From Eledone cirrhosa (taxonomy: Eukaryota): a DNA stretch of 64,000 nucleotides. Location: the NCBI GenBank assembly GCA_964016885.1, contig OZ024740.1, positions 76,136,001 to 76,200,000 of the forward strand, given 5' to 3'. Below the pieces are notes generated by a model, which was given only the letters and a program-made list of their open reading frames with translations, had not been told where the DNA came from and did no database searches. Below, piece after piece: positions 29,130 through 43,418 of the stretch (positions are counted from its first letter, which is position 1; each line of letters begins with the position of its first letter). The position numbers were made by a program, and so were the translations under genes.

Positions 29130-29630
29130 CGTGTGTGTGTATGTGTGTGCGTCTGATGGTAGCTAAGATGCTTCCATAGGCGGTATGTCGGTTGAGCACT
29201 CTAATATATATATATATACAATATAGAAAGGAGAATACACGAAAAGAATGTGTATTCCATTACAGGGAGTATAACCACTGGAGTGAAGTACATACAAACT
29301 ACGAAAGGTGTAGGAAAGAGAATGTTTCACTATACCTCGTAAGAATTTTACAGTGTAAGATTCTCTCTGTGAGTTTGTACAGGTGTGATATAGTTATAAA
29401 GGTGCGTTTTTCCATTTTAATTAATCTTTTTGATTATAATGTATTTCCTACACCTTTCGTAGTTTGTATTTACTTCACTCCAGTGGTTATATTCCCTGTA
29501 ATGGAAAACACGTTCTTTTCATGTATTCTCCTCTCTATATTATATTTTGAAGAGCTCGGAAAATGTTTTCCTTGAAACCATTAAATTACAGGGATAAACG
29601 CGAGTCCTTTACTCCTTTGTTTCATTTGAT

Positions 29631-29665
<35 letters not shown>

Positions 29666-29708
29666 ACTGGCTTCTAGAACTGTTTCATTCGTGAGAAATC
29701 ATCAGGAA

Positions 29709-29757
29709 GCTTCCTGATGATTTCTCTCGAATGAAACAGTTCTAGTCCTGTAGAAGC
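29709..29757 (+). ncRNA. Type I hammerhead motif (same family as 26459) inside an inverted duplication
   Basis: GCTTC-CTGATGA-tttctctcgaat-GAAA-CAG(ttctagtc)CTG-TA-GAAGC. Confidence 0.75.
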
Positions 29758-29841
29758 CATTTCTATATTAAATATTTATACTCTGCTATGTATTGAGTAC
29801 CTTACTTACTGTGGTTACCCCCGATTGAACCCGGGATTAAC

Positions 29842-29963
<122 letters not shown>

Positions 29964-30043
29964 TTTATTATATACATATACATACACACTCTCAAGCGTG
30001 AACCTAATACTAACACTTTGTACTGCACTCTTCGTTATTGTTT

Positions 30044-30114
<71 letters not shown>

Positions 30115-30333
30115 AAATTCAAGATGGTATCCATGATAAATTATTTTCATTGTCCATTATTTAAAGTATAAAATTACCTATGGCAGTGTTAGTGGTGGAG
30201 TATGTGTGCAAATATTTGATTTTAAGTAGAATGTGCGTGGGATGGGTGGGGAGGTAAATCCATCTTGGAAGACGTTGGTTCACTTTAATGGAGACACTTT
30301 ACTGGAGACAGAGCTGTTTAGGAATATATACAT

Positions 30334-30990
30334 GTATGTATGTATGCATGTATGTATGTATGTATGTTTGTATGCATGTTATATCTCTTTCTCTTAATTT
30401 CGAGTATATTTTTTTTTGACCGGCCATCTTCCTGGTGGCAAGGTTGTAAAAGAAAAGAAATTGTCATCCCTTGAATCGCAAGAATGTTTTGCAAATTTTG
30501 AAGGTGCCAGCTATCGCAGCCATTTGTAGACTATGAATTAGGGAGCTGCGCTTTTTGTCCGCAAATCCAAGTTCAGTCATACTTTGGTCCAAGCGGGTTG
30601 GTATATAACCCGTAGCTCCAATAATGATGGGTATGGAGCTAAATGTGTATCTTGGATACTGGATTTGTAAACTCCTTATCAATGGTCCGTAGATGTCCTC
30701 CTTCTCCTGTATTTTTCTGACAACGTTTACATCAAGTGGGCAGCTGATCTCCACAACAGAACACGTTTTCAATGTGTGGTCCCAAACAACAATATCAGGC
30801 CGCTTGTGCTTTAATTTGGTGGCAGTTTTTATTTTCAGGTTCCACCAGTATTCCTTAGTGCCATCTGTCTCAATATATTCTTCCTCGTTTGTTGTTAATT
30901 TAGTTTTCCGAAGTGCGTTCCAGATGGTTCTAGCTATCCCATCGTGTATCATGGGGAGGTAGTAGCGAGATGACATTCTTTCGCAGCTGG
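30334..30990 (-). mobile_element. REL-endonuclease (R4/Dong-like) LINE 3' fragment, inverted
   Basis: ORF 30464..31069 encodes RPDIVVWD...VEISCP; near-identical to the reverse complement of 32557-33225. Confidence 0.9.
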
Positions 30991-31079
30991 AATATATACA
31001 TACATACATACATACATACATACATACATACATACATACATACATACATACATACATACATACATACATACATACATAC

Positions 31080-33225
31080 TGTTCTATACCTGTTCTTACA
31101 GGATCACTGTGCTACCAACAACATCATAACACCTGAGCAAGCTGGTGGAAAGAGGGAGGTGTGGGGTTGCATAGATCACCTACTAACTAACAAAAGGATT
31201 CAGGAAAAAACAACAAAGAATCGCAGAAACATGACTGTGGTGTGGCTGGACTATCAAAAAGCATTTGATAGTGTACCTCATGGGTGGATTATTAAGGCTT
31301 TACAGTTAGCTAAAGTCCCACAACCATTGGTAGCTGCTGTTGAACGCCTGACCAAGAACTGGTACACCAATTTGATTCTTAGAGGTGAGAAGGAGCAAGT
31401 TAAGACTGATAAGATACATTACCGGAAGGGCATCTTTCAGGGTGATAGCTTGTCAGTGCTACTCTTCGTTCTCTCACTGAATCCACTATCTTACCTACTC
31501 AGGAAACAAGGTGGACAAAGAAGTGGGTCCAGAAGTATCTCCCATCTTTTCTTTGTTGATGACCTGAATTTGTATGGGCCAAATATCAATGACATCAAGA
31601 AACAATTGGACCTCATTACACAATTTTCAACCGACATCAAAATGAAATTTGGTGAGTCCAAGTGTGCATATTTGGCAATAAAACGTGGAAGAGCTGTGCC
31701 CTCCTCTAGAAATCTAGAGATGAACGGCCTGACAATACAACCTCTGCAGTCAGGTGACAACTACAGATATCTTGGACAGGATGAGAATGTCAGATATGAT
31801 GGACCCATAAATAAGGAGAGAACCAGAACTGAATACCTCAGAAGAGTAAAGAAAATATGGTCATCAGAACTGTCAGCATACAACAAATACATTGCCCACA
31901 ATACTTATGCTGTGCCAATTCTAACGCCAACATTTGGCCTGCTGAACTGGTCATTGCAAGAACTAAGTGAGATGGATGTTAGAACTCGAAAACTTCTCAG
32001 TGTTACTGGGAACTTTAACATCAATGGTGATGTGGATAGGCTATACTTCTCACGCAAGGAAGGTGGCCGGGGTCTAAAATCAATATTAATAACATATGAG
32101 ACCCGGATAGTAAAACTGAAGCAACACCTTCAACAGAGGAAAAAAGTTGGCAACCATCTTGCCCAGGTTTATGAGCATGAAAAAAAAATATCATTAGAAT
32201 AGCGACTGATCTGGAGGAGAGATATGGAATAAAGCCTGATATAAATCTCTGACCCAGAGAAATCGGAAGATCCTATTCAATGTTCAAACAAGATAAAAAA
32301 ATTGACCAATTTACAGAAAAAGTTATGCATTGATACTTGAGGCGTAAATCACAGACCATAGAGGGGATAAACCACTCAAAAAGCCTGGCATGGAGTTCCG
32401 ACAAGTTTATGACATCACACCTTGAGGGATATCTCTATGCAATACAGGAACAAGAACTCCCTACCAAATATCTGCTGCACAAAAGAGGAGGGCCATTAGC
32501 TGACAATAAATGTAGGCTATGTAAAACAAAGATCGAGGATGTAAGCCACATTGTTGCCAGCTGCGAAAGAATGTCACCTCGCTTATACCTTCCCATGAGA
32601 CACGATGGGATAGCTAGAACCATCTGGAACGCACTTCGGAAAACAAAATTAACAACAAACGAGGAAGAATATATTGAGACAGATGGCACTAAGGAATACT
32701 GGTGGAACCTGAAAATAAAAACTGCCACCAAATTAAAGCACAAGCGGCCTGATATTGTTGTTTGGGACCACACATTGAAAACGTGTTCTGTTGTGGAGAT
32801 CAGCTGCCCACTTGTTGTAAACGTTGTCAGAAAAATACAGGAGAAGGAGGACATTTACGGACCATTGATGAGGAGTTTACAAATCCAGTATCCAAGATAC
32901 ACCTTTAGCTCCATACCCATCATTATTGGAGCTACGGGTTATATACCAACCCGCTTGGACCAAAGTATGACTGAACTTGGATTTGCGGACAAAAAGCGCA
33001 GCTCCCTAATTCATAGTCTACAAATGGCTGCGATAGCTGGCACCTTCAAAATTTGCAAAACATTCTTGCGATTCAAGGGATGACAATTTCTTTTCTTTTA
33101 CAACCTTGCCACCAGGAAGGTGGCCGGTCAAAAAAATATACTCGAAATTAAGAGAAAGAGATATAACATGCATACAAACATACATACATACATACATGCA
33201 TACATACATACATGCATACATACAT
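31080..33225 (+). mobile_element. R4/Dong-like non-LTR retrotransposon, 5'-truncated (RT + CCHC + restriction-like endonuclease)
   Basis: WLDYQKAFDSVPH, GIFQGDSLS, HLFFVDDL, YRYLG, RKEGGRGL, CRLC..HIVASC, RPDIVV..VEISCP. Frameshift and stops at about 32180-32340; (CATA)n on both sides. Confidence 0.93.
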
Positions 33226-33387
33226 GTATATATTCCTAAACAGCTCTGTCTCCAGTAAAGTGTCTCCATTAAAGTGAACCAACGTCTTCCAAGATGGATT
33301 TACCTCCCCACCCATCCCACGCACATTCTACTTGAAATCAAATATTAATATATAATATATATATATATATATACACACATACACATA

Positions 33388-33435
<48 letters not shown>

Positions 33436-33441
33436 CACATA

Positions 33442-33562
<121 letters not shown>

Positions 33563-33563
33563 T

Positions 33564-33606
<43 letters not shown>

Positions 33607-34539
33607 GTGTGTGTGTTTGTGCGTGTATGTAGTTATCTGTGTGGTGTGCTGCGTGTATGTATATGTGTCTGTGTGTATGTTTATGTGTGTGTGTATACAG
33701 TAAAACAAGCAATCAGTTTTACTCTCTGCAAAAGAAGACAAACAGACAGGCATTGTCCGCCGTCGATGGATGACTGTAAGATGACAGCACCAGGATTAAC
33801 GAGACGCTATAAAATCAATTGTATTAGAAAATTCAATCCCATCATCCTCCCTTCTATTTTTCAACTAATTTCTTCCTTTTATCCTTTCTCTTGTTTTCTT
33901 TATTTTTTATTGATGCTGCTCTTTTGCGGGATCTGTTGTTTGCTGACCTCTATAATGTTGTTGTTTGCTCTTCGGTATTGATCGTACATGGACGCAAAAA
34001 TGACTGAGTGGTTAAGAAGTTCGTTTTGCACTTGGTGATGTCGAGTGATCAATCTCACATTGTAGTATCTCAGGCAACTGTTTTTACCATAGTCTGCAAT
34101 GAAGTCGATTTTTTGAGTGAAATTGATTGGACGTAAACTATTTGGAAGTTCCTCGGAGTAATTCGGAGATCCAGCCTGGTCACATATTATATCAAACTGA
34201 TTTAGCCTGAATATTTCGGTAAGAATACGCGTGTTTCTCGAACTCAACACCTGCTAATATCAGTTACTGACTCTTAGCGGAATAGTTACTGAGAGAGATT
34301 ACTGGAAAAGCTGATGCTGCACGAGACAAATGGTGATATATCAAAAGTGAAAAACAGGTATTAAAAATGAGGATTTGATACAACAATGGTCTGTCATGCC
34401 TTGAATATGTTGACTATAAATCCATTTTTTACCTTAACTTCATTGGGTTGTCTTCAAATTTCACCCATCCAGAACAAATAAAGTTAATACTACAATCAAT
34501 TGTATTCAGTTTTTAACAAAGTCTGCTGCTCTTATGTTT

Positions 34540-34736
34540 AATAATTGTTTCTACTTTTGGCACTAGGCCAGAAATTATCCTAGTATATTACTGGTACACT
34601 TTATTTTATCGACCCTGTAAGGATGAAAGGCAAAGTTAACATCGGCGGGATTTGAATTTAGACCGTAAAAAGCCGTAACTCTATACTGCAAAGCATGGCG
34701 TCCGACACTGTACCGATACTGCCAATCCATCGCCCT
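34540..34736 (-). mobile_element. tRNA-derived SINE, near full length
   Basis: Reverse complement of the main family including A- and B-box. Confidence 0.85.
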
Positions 34737-34919
34737 AGGTGTTAGGGTTCAATATGTCGTCTATTAATAATTATTAGTTATTCGGACACTTGTTTCGATA
34801 CATTACGTAATATATCAAATCACAGGCCTAAAAATTCTACCAGGGAATGTCGTAACTGCAGCTCTTCTCAGCAAGTGTAACTATAATTATCATTTGCGTG
34901 ATCGGTAAAAATAATTATA

Positions 34920-35284
34920 CAGTGTAACCCCGGCATTCGCAGTTCCGGTTATTCGCGGAATTTTCCTTAGAATCTAACTAATAATTGTTCGTGGAAACCA
35001 CCGCGTATTCACGGAATCGTAAATATCTTACGCGATGTTTTTTATAGCATTTTTTGTGGCTATATATATATTTTTAACGCTAAATTATTAATAAAAATAT
35101 ACCGTATTTGCCGGTCTATTGGACGTCCATTCGCATAAGACGCTCCTGCTTTTTAAAAAATTATATTTTACGTTATATTTTGTCGTTTATGGGTATTTTT
35201 ATGGACAACGTCCAATATTCACGGTCTTTCACTCTTCGCGGGTGCTCTAGGAACGGAATTCCCGCAAATACCGGGGGACTACTG
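34920..35284. mobile_element. Tc1/mariner (pogo/Tigger-like) MITE
   Basis: TA-CAGTgtaaccccggcattcgc ... gcaaataccgggggactACTG-TA. Confidence 0.75.
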
Positions 35285-35702
35285 TATATATGTGTGCGTG
35301 GTTAACTATAGTCAGCCATAGAAAGCTGACCAATCAGTGTTTAAGGGTTGGAGGAATGGCTTAGTTATTGCTATACAGCTAATCATTACTACGTATTTAT
35401 ACGTTATTTATAGGGAATTGCGAGATGAGTTCATATATGCCCTCCATTGTCGAAGATTGATTGAGATATGTTAACAGGTGGCAAGCTAATATTATTCCTG
35501 GGGAATTTAAAGATGGAGTGGTGGTGGTGGTGTGAGTGTGTGTGTGTGTGGGGGGGGGGGCAAAGATGGAAAAGAAAGGAAAGAAAAGAAAAGTTAACTT
35601 CAGTTAGTAATTTAAGCGTCTTTGATCTTTATGAAAACCATTTTAGTCATCGGTAATACACTCACTCTCTCACACACACACACACACACACCACACACAC
35701 CA

Positions 35703-35803
<101 letters not shown>

Positions 35804-35818
35804 CCACACACACGCACG

Positions 35819-35895
<77 letters not shown>

Positions 35896-36717
35896 CACAC
35901 ATATATATATATCCAAAATAGGGAGCGTGCAGGACAAAGACAATGGAAAAAAAAACAACAGAAAGGCGGACAGCCCCATCTCCTTAGCTAATCTCTGAAA
36001 ATCACAACGGTTTCGGTTATTTTAGGTGCATTATTTCAGTGCACAATGGAACATAAAAAAACATATAGGGACAAGTTATGCCCTTAGGAAAATTACACAA
36101 ATATAGAATGCGCAAGGGCTTAGCCATAGGAGAAAAATATAGAAAGGAAAAAAATGTAAAACAGAAGAGAAGGACTATTGTCCAACGTGCAAACAAAGAA
36201 GGACACTGAGGCGTAGAAAAACTTGTCTCCATCTGTTCTGTTGTGTCCCAATGTGTACTGGAATGAATGGTATTAATATAAATGTACCGAAACTGTAGTG
36301 TTTTCCAGAAGTTGACTGAAGAGATAGGACAGTCAGCAAGGTTGTTTGTAGAAGACTAGCAATAGCCCATGCATAATAGTCTCCCTTCTCTACGTCAACG
36401 ATATGGAGAAAGAGAAAGACAAGGGCTGATATATATATATTGAGCATAGAGTGCTCAACCGGCATACCGCCTATGGACGTATCCAAGCAACCTTACTACA
36501 AATATACCCCCCCCCCCCACACATATATATATAAGGAAAAGAAATCGAAAATGCAACTGGAGTCCTCCATCTCAATTCTACTTTTGAAAAACATAAGAAC
36601 TGTAAAACCGGTAAAGGAAATAAATAAATATTCTTAAAAAGACTCCAGTTGCATTTTCGATTTCTTTTCCTTATACTTTCACTCGTGTAGGACATCTCGT
36701 TTATTTTTTTCATTATG

Positions 36718-36748
<31 letters not shown>

Positions 36749-37771
36749 CTGTTGGCATCACGCTCACAATAATTTCTATATTTTCATTTATATATATATA
36801 TATATATTTGTGTATAGTGGTAGCTATGGTGCTTCCGTAGGCGGTATGCCAAAATTAGCACTCGATATTCATCAGAGTAGAGTGTAGATATTATCAAGAA
36901 AACGAAAAATCAGTGATGCATCTGGACTTAGTTAATTTCGTGTTACAAAAGTTTCGCCGGCATGTAGCTCGAGTCATAGTCCTTGTATGGATCTGGCTGA
37001 TCCTACTTCTGCGGGTTCTTCCAGACACGGGTGTTATGTCCGGAGCAAATTTTATCACTATATATATATATATATATATAGGATAAAGGCGATATGCTAG
37101 AAGGGAGCGCTCTGCAGGATGTATATACAAACAAGCAGAGACGCACAATCTAAATAAACCGAGTGGGAAGAAACTTCTATCAACTGAAACTCTCTTCAGA
37201 ATTTTAAACTTAAATCTCCCTTTCTGGATGTTCAGGTCGTGAGAAGCAAGGCCGACAACTCCTATATAATCTGAGTTGATTCATACATTTAAGGAAGTGA
37301 ACCTTGTCTTTATGGAAGCTTCGATTAGCTCAGACTCTATAAATTCTCTGCCTTGCATGTTTCTCAAGATTTGAACACATCAAAAGGGAGTTTTGGTCTT
37401 GAAGTTGCAAGGATAGCCACGGGTGATTGAAATTGTTTTCCCTACTTGCTATATTGAAATTACAAGACTACTTATATGTATATATTCCATACAGAATAAT
37501 CTCCGCAGGCATATACACCTCTAATCTTTGTTGACACACATAATCAGCATATAATTCCTTATTCTAGTCCGGCCTACTTGCTAAGCGAATACGCTTCGCT
37601 GACTATATATAATCTCTATAATATCAAACCTGTGTTTGAATGTTTGTACCTTCATTGTAGCTCCAACTGCCCATTTTAAACTGGAAATATTTTGATTTAT
37701 GTACTCTTAAACATATGCGCCTTTGCATAAAATAATTTTCACTGAATTCCGTACAAGAAAATATATTATTA

Positions 37772-38491
37772 CTAGCAGCTGAGCCCGGTTGCACCCGGGG
37801 CCACTTTTTATTAAGTTAATAATTTGAAAAATATTATTGAAAGTTTATTATAAAGAATCAGTTTCAGGAAAAAAAATAGAAATATGCACTTGGGGCTGGA
37901 CGGCGTACAATGAGAAGTGGAGCGACGTGAAAAGCGTTGTTTATTAACAACTAAATAGCAATGTCGATGATAGGCAATTTGAAAAATACTACTTACTGTT
38001 AGTGGTGGTTAACATGTATTAGAATTAAAATAAAAACACGCGTCCCTTCTTCGCAATTTAAAGGTTTTATTTCTTTTGATGAAAACAGTGACCGTACTGC
38101 AGAATCGATTTCATAAAGCGGTACTATATGATCGTTAAATGTAGAAGGATGATAGTTTATTAACAGCGAAATAGCAATGTCGATGATATTCAAGTTTAAA
38201 AATGCATATTATGAAGGTTTGTATGATAGTTTACACTTTTTCCTGAAACTGCTTCTTTATAATAAACTTTCAATAATATTTTTCAAATTATTGGTACTGC
38301 ATGTTAACAGCGAAAGAACGTTGATGAGTTTAAAAATGTGTATGAAATTGTAAATAACTCAGCCAAGTATTAGAACAGGGGGAAATAACTCACCGAACGC
38401 GATAGTAAATAGACCATTTGGGGACCCTAGGGACCACATTTTTCAAGTTAGAGATTTGAAACCTCGTCTATTTCACAAATATATATTAGAT
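37772..38491 (-). mobile_element. Non-autonomous Helitron with internal inverted repeat
   Basis: Minus 3' end ccccgggtgcaaccgggctcagctgCTAG|T; 5' A|TCTAATATAT. About 55 bp IR at 37817-37873 / 38237-38292. Confidence 0.7.
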
Positions 38492-38642
38492 ATAAATCCA
38501 TATAGAAACGTTTTCACCGCCACAAACGGCTGACTGAATATGGTCGTCTATTCCCCCCCCCCTCGTTTTTTTCTCATTTTTCCTTCATTCCCTCCTCTTC
38601 TCACTCTTTATTTTTTTATTTTATCTTTTATTTGTAACTCTA

Positions 38643-38678
38643 TTTACTGATGAAAGACTAGTGTCCGAAACGTCAAGA
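38643..38678 (+). ncRNA. Minimal hammerhead-like motif (weak stem I)
   Basis: CTGATGA-aaGAC(tagt)GTCc-GAAA-CG-TC-aaga; same repeat family as 54813-54848. Confidence 0.5.
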
Positions 38679-39448
38679 CGCTTTTCCTGCTATTTCAAGC
38701 GTTAAACTAATACATTTCTTCTATGTACTGTGTAATTTGCTTTGTTATTTCTGTTTAATGTTTACATACATGTATTAGCAAACGTGTAAATACGTGTAAA
38801 GACAACAAAGAAGACTTAGAGACAACATGACAACGAAGAAACATCGACGACATTGGTCGACCTGCTAGAAATATCAGCCAAACTCCATCAAGTTACACTG
38901 TTTTATCTTAAAAGAAAAATGTTTCAAATGGAATATTTCTTAAAATATTATCTTCTTTATTAGTTATACGTTTTACATATTTTTTAAACAGGGATTTGAA
39001 ATATACTAATGTTACGTTACAATTTTGATTTTTAATATAAATTATAAATAAGTATGAGAGGATAGCAGTGACACAATCCAGATTATAAATAGACGAATTT
39101 AACCAACTATTAAGCTTCTATACAGTGTTTTTTTTTTTACTATGAATTTTATATATGGAAGGATAACTGTACTAAGAAACTCGGGAGAGCTGGACAGCAG
39201 AAGGTCTTCAGAGAAGAAGTCCCCCACTCATCAAATGGTTTCGACCCTTAACTCTAAAGAAGCTAGGCTGCATTCAAGTCATCACTCCTGGGTACTCTTC
39301 TGCTGACACCGTTTAGACAATTGAATATTGGAGACTACTTCAGATAGTCTTCTACATATGGACGGATATATGTAACACAGTCGAGATAGTAAACAGACAA
39401 ATTTTAATCAACTATTTGATTTGTACACACTCCTGATATTTGTATATA

Positions 39449-39650
39449 CAGGGTGAGTCATAAGTAACCCAACAGTCTAACATGTTCCAAATGATAATAT
39501 TTACTAAAATTCTAGTCATACGTTACAGTATACATCAAACATAAGTAGTTAAAAAAATATAACCATGGCTGACCACACACAAATAAAAGCTTATCTGTGG
39601 ACCCTGCAATAAAAATACACTGACTTCCAGGTTACTTATGACTTTACCTG
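39449..39650. mobile_element. Tc1/mariner MITE
   Basis: TA-CAGGGTGAGTCATAAGTAACC ... GGTTACTTATGACTTTACCTG-TA. Confidence 0.8.
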
Positions 39651-39761
39651 TATATTGAATAGATTATTTTCTGTTTTGTAGTTACTAAGTTTATTGGCTA
39701 ATAGCTTGTGTTTGTATTGCTTACATATGTTAGATACAGATAATTTCACTCATCCTCTCCT

Positions 39762-39823
<62 letters not shown>

Positions 39824-39884
39824 TCTCTCACTTACATACACACACACAGACACAGACACACAGACAGACTCACACAGACAGACA

Positions 39885-39966
<82 letters not shown>

Positions 39967-40162
39967 CGCTCCAGTAAGGTCTAATCATGTTCCTTACTTT
40001 CACCAAGTTAGCACAAAACATGGTCCATTCACACTGTAATGTCTAAAAATGATTCGGAAAATTTACCCGCCTAATCTAAATTATAATTAGTAAGGATTGC
40101 GGGACTGCGTCCAGAATATATTTTTTTATCCCGTTTGTAAAATAAGTTGGATTACTTTGAAT

Positions 40163-40500
40163 AAATAATTGTTTCGACTTTTGGCACAAGGCCAGCAATT
40201 ATCCAGTGCATTACTGGTACTTTATTTTATCGACTCCGTAAGGATGAAAGGCAAAGTTAACCTCGGCGGGATTTGAACTCAGAATGGCAAGGGCCGTAAT
40301 TATGCATCAAAGCATGGCGTCCGACCCTCTACCGATACTGCCAATGCACCGCCCTTATAAATAATTGTTTCTACTTTTGGCACAAGGCCAGCAATTACCC
40401 AGTACATTACTGGTACTTTATTTTATCGACCCCGTAAGGATGAAAGGCAAAGTTAACCTCGGCGGGATTTGAACTCAGAATGGCAAGGGCCGTAACTCTT
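40163..40500 (-). mobile_element. Two tandem tRNA-derived SINE copies
   Basis: Units about 40163-40356 and 40358-40500 share the diagnostic ctcagaatggcaagggccgtaa. Confidence 0.85.
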
Positions 40501-41242
40501 TATAAATAATGAATGAATATTACATAATTTATCTACTAAATTTCGTTATTCTTGATTAAATATAAATAATTTTGTTGTTTATTTTAAGATTCACTTCTTT
40601 AAAATTTTCAAATGTCAACACTTCCGGTTAGCGATCGCTTAAATAAACATTCATATATTTCCGTCACTAATTTTCTTCTAATGCAGTTTATATATAATAT
40701 CGTCTTTTTTAATGTATCATGGATTACGTTACTGATTACATAAGACAATGTAACGCAGTCTTCGTTCAATTTCTGTGTATATTGTCAATTACGATTTTAT
40801 TTGATGTATCATATCTACATGCATATATACTTGCGTATAATATCAATATGCACACTACACATGCTAGCAGAAAACCACCCGAAGGGTGGTTTTTCTGCTA
40901 GGTAACATAAGAAAGCTACTGTTCAGCTATACAGCTGTAGCAGAACTTTAAATGAATAGCATGGAGATACGAAGGTTGATGTTTAGCTTCAGATCAGCCG
41001 TCATTAAGAATACATGTGATCATCCGTGACCAGCCAGCAAATCTCTAGGGAGGCAACTATGGCTGAGTAGTCTCGGGTTCGAGCCCATTCCGTGGCATCT
41101 CGGGCAAATGTCAAGACCATAGCTTTCTATATTAGATATCCACTTAGCTGATGTAGATTTCTACCACTAGGGTGTGATTTTAAGGAGATTTGGTTAGTAT
41201 TTCTAGCAAGTCGAGTGATCAAATAGCGGTCCTCTAATAGAT

Positions 41243-41420
41243 TCTTAAGATGACCTTACAGTTATATCTTAAGATAACCTTACAGCTATATCTTAAGATA
41301 ACCTTACAGCTATATCTTAAGATGACCTTACAGCTATATCTTAAGATAACTTTATAGCTATATTTTAAGATGATCTTACAGTTATATCTTAGGATGATCT
41401 TGCTGCTATATCTTAAGATG
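41243..41420. repeat. 21 bp minisatellite (tatcttaagataaccttacagc)
   Basis: About 8 imperfect units. Confidence 0.85.
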
Positions 41421-41899
41421 GTGGTAGAATTATATCTTAAAGTTATATTAAAGCTTTAATACAAAGTAAATTTTATTGCGATTATTTTTTAAATATGACC
41501 TAAATGTAACATTAGTGATGTAACTAGGATTATAGTATTAAGGCGAGCTTATTATGACCTATGAGATTATCTGTTATTTTTGTTATTGTATTGTGATTAG
41601 ATTCTATCGTACATTAGTCTCACATAGCTTAATCAGACGAGAAGGACAGCGCCTATGACCATTTGTCAGACTTCTGGGTTTGGTGGAGGGGTGTGAGTGG
41701 GGAGAAATATCGACTACTTATAGACTACTGAAGTAGGAAGCAAGGTATAAATATTTTAGGTTAACCTCAGTCAGGAAACCTGATCTAAATGCTTGAAACA
41801 TTCGGTGTGTAATCTATTAAAGGCAATCAAAAGCCAGGAGATGGGGGTTAAACTGATCAATGCACTAAATTTAGCGCCGAAAAACAGGAAGTGAATGCA

Positions 41900-42485
41900 C
41901 GCGCCGAGCGGGATTAAGGTGTTGGGCTCGCAAAGTCTTGAATTCGATTATCGAACCAGAGGGTGCATTTGGTCCTTGAGTGAAGTGCTTCGTTTCATAT
42001 TGCTGTAATCCTCTAAGCTGAAAATGAATGTCAGTAACAGCTGGAGCTTAACCTTGAAACGGAGTGGAACCCCGTAAAGTGAATGGGAACTCTTGTATTA
42101 TTAATCACTTAACACCTCATGAAACCGGGATAAACTCCAACCAAATGAGTCTCTAAGAGCGAGACAGAACTTAAAAGCAAAAGAACATGTACAGTGCGCA
42201 GGCTGGGTGGGTAAAGAGTTTTGCAACGACGTGGTTTCGGGTTAAAACCCCCCCGCGGGGCACCTTGGACAAGTGTCTTCTACTATAACACGTGCACGTG
42301 TTTGTGTATGTCTTCGTGTCTGTGTTTGTTTATATCCCATAACTTAGCAGTTCCTCAAAAGGAGTCTGATAAAATAAGTAACAGACTTTAAAAAGGAAGT
42401 ATATGGGTTGATATGATCGAATTAATGTCCCTTCAAAATGGTACCACAGCATGACCGCAGTCGAATGACTGAAACTAGTAAAACA
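41900..42485 (+). mobile_element. Older, diverged tRNA-derived SINEs (two adjacent families)
   Basis: tRNA-like heads at about 41900 and 42195, then SINE-like bodies (ggcaccttggacaagtgtcttctactata...gactgaaactagtaaaa). Confidence 0.5.
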
Positions 42486-42845
42486 GTGCATCCAACGCCT
42501 TTCTATGTAACTCAGTTTGGCTTGCGTTGATCTCTACTAAAATGGCCTGAAGCATGTTTGTCACGCTATTGGTTGACCGTGGTCATGAGAAATAATTTGG
42601 CCTGTCATTCACCCTCACTGGATCACAGAACAATTCTCTACGTTTCTGTTCAGATCTACAAAGCGTGTTGCTGCTATCGTGACATTGTCGAAAACAGTCA
42701 CCAATATTCTATACATTGAAGTGTACCAGAGTTAAAACCATTAACGTGACGCTTGTTGAAAGTGCCGCACAGTGAACTCGAAAACATGAATAACATGGTT
42801 GTGAAGCGAATTTCTTAACCACACAGTCATGTTTGCACTTATAAA

Positions 42846-42903
<58 letters not shown>

Positions 42904-43197
42904 GAGAGGTATAGAGATTGTTTTAGCAAGAAGCTAACGGCATTCTATAACATATATGCGACTATAACGTCAAGATGGGAAAAGTAGTTAACGAAAGATT
43001 TAGGAAAAATAACTCAAACTCATCTCAAAAGAGAATCAGGATATAAATTCATCCACAGAATTTAGTAAAATCCAGGGAAAAATCTATCGACCTTTAACTC
43101 ATGATAAAATACAGTTTGAAACACTTATCCTTCAATTTGGAATAACATCAAATGCTCTGTATAGTCTTAAAAGACTATTTCATGAAAACTTTCACGG

Positions 43198-43235
<38 letters not shown>

Positions 43236-43306
43236 TGTTCTGATTATCGATTGGACTTATTACCGGCACTTCCTCTCCTTTGTCATCATCATCATCATTA
43301 TCATAT

Positions 43307-43418
43307 TCTTCTTCTTCTTCTTCTTCTTCTTCTTCTTCTTCTTCTTCTTCTTCTTCTTCTTCTTCTTCTTCTTCTTCTTCTTCTTCTTCTTCTTCTTCTT
43401 CTTCTTCTTCTTCTTCTT
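43307..43418. repeat. Perfect (CTT)n tract about 65 bp upstream of the 68 bp exon
   Basis: Direct reading. Confidence 0.95.
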
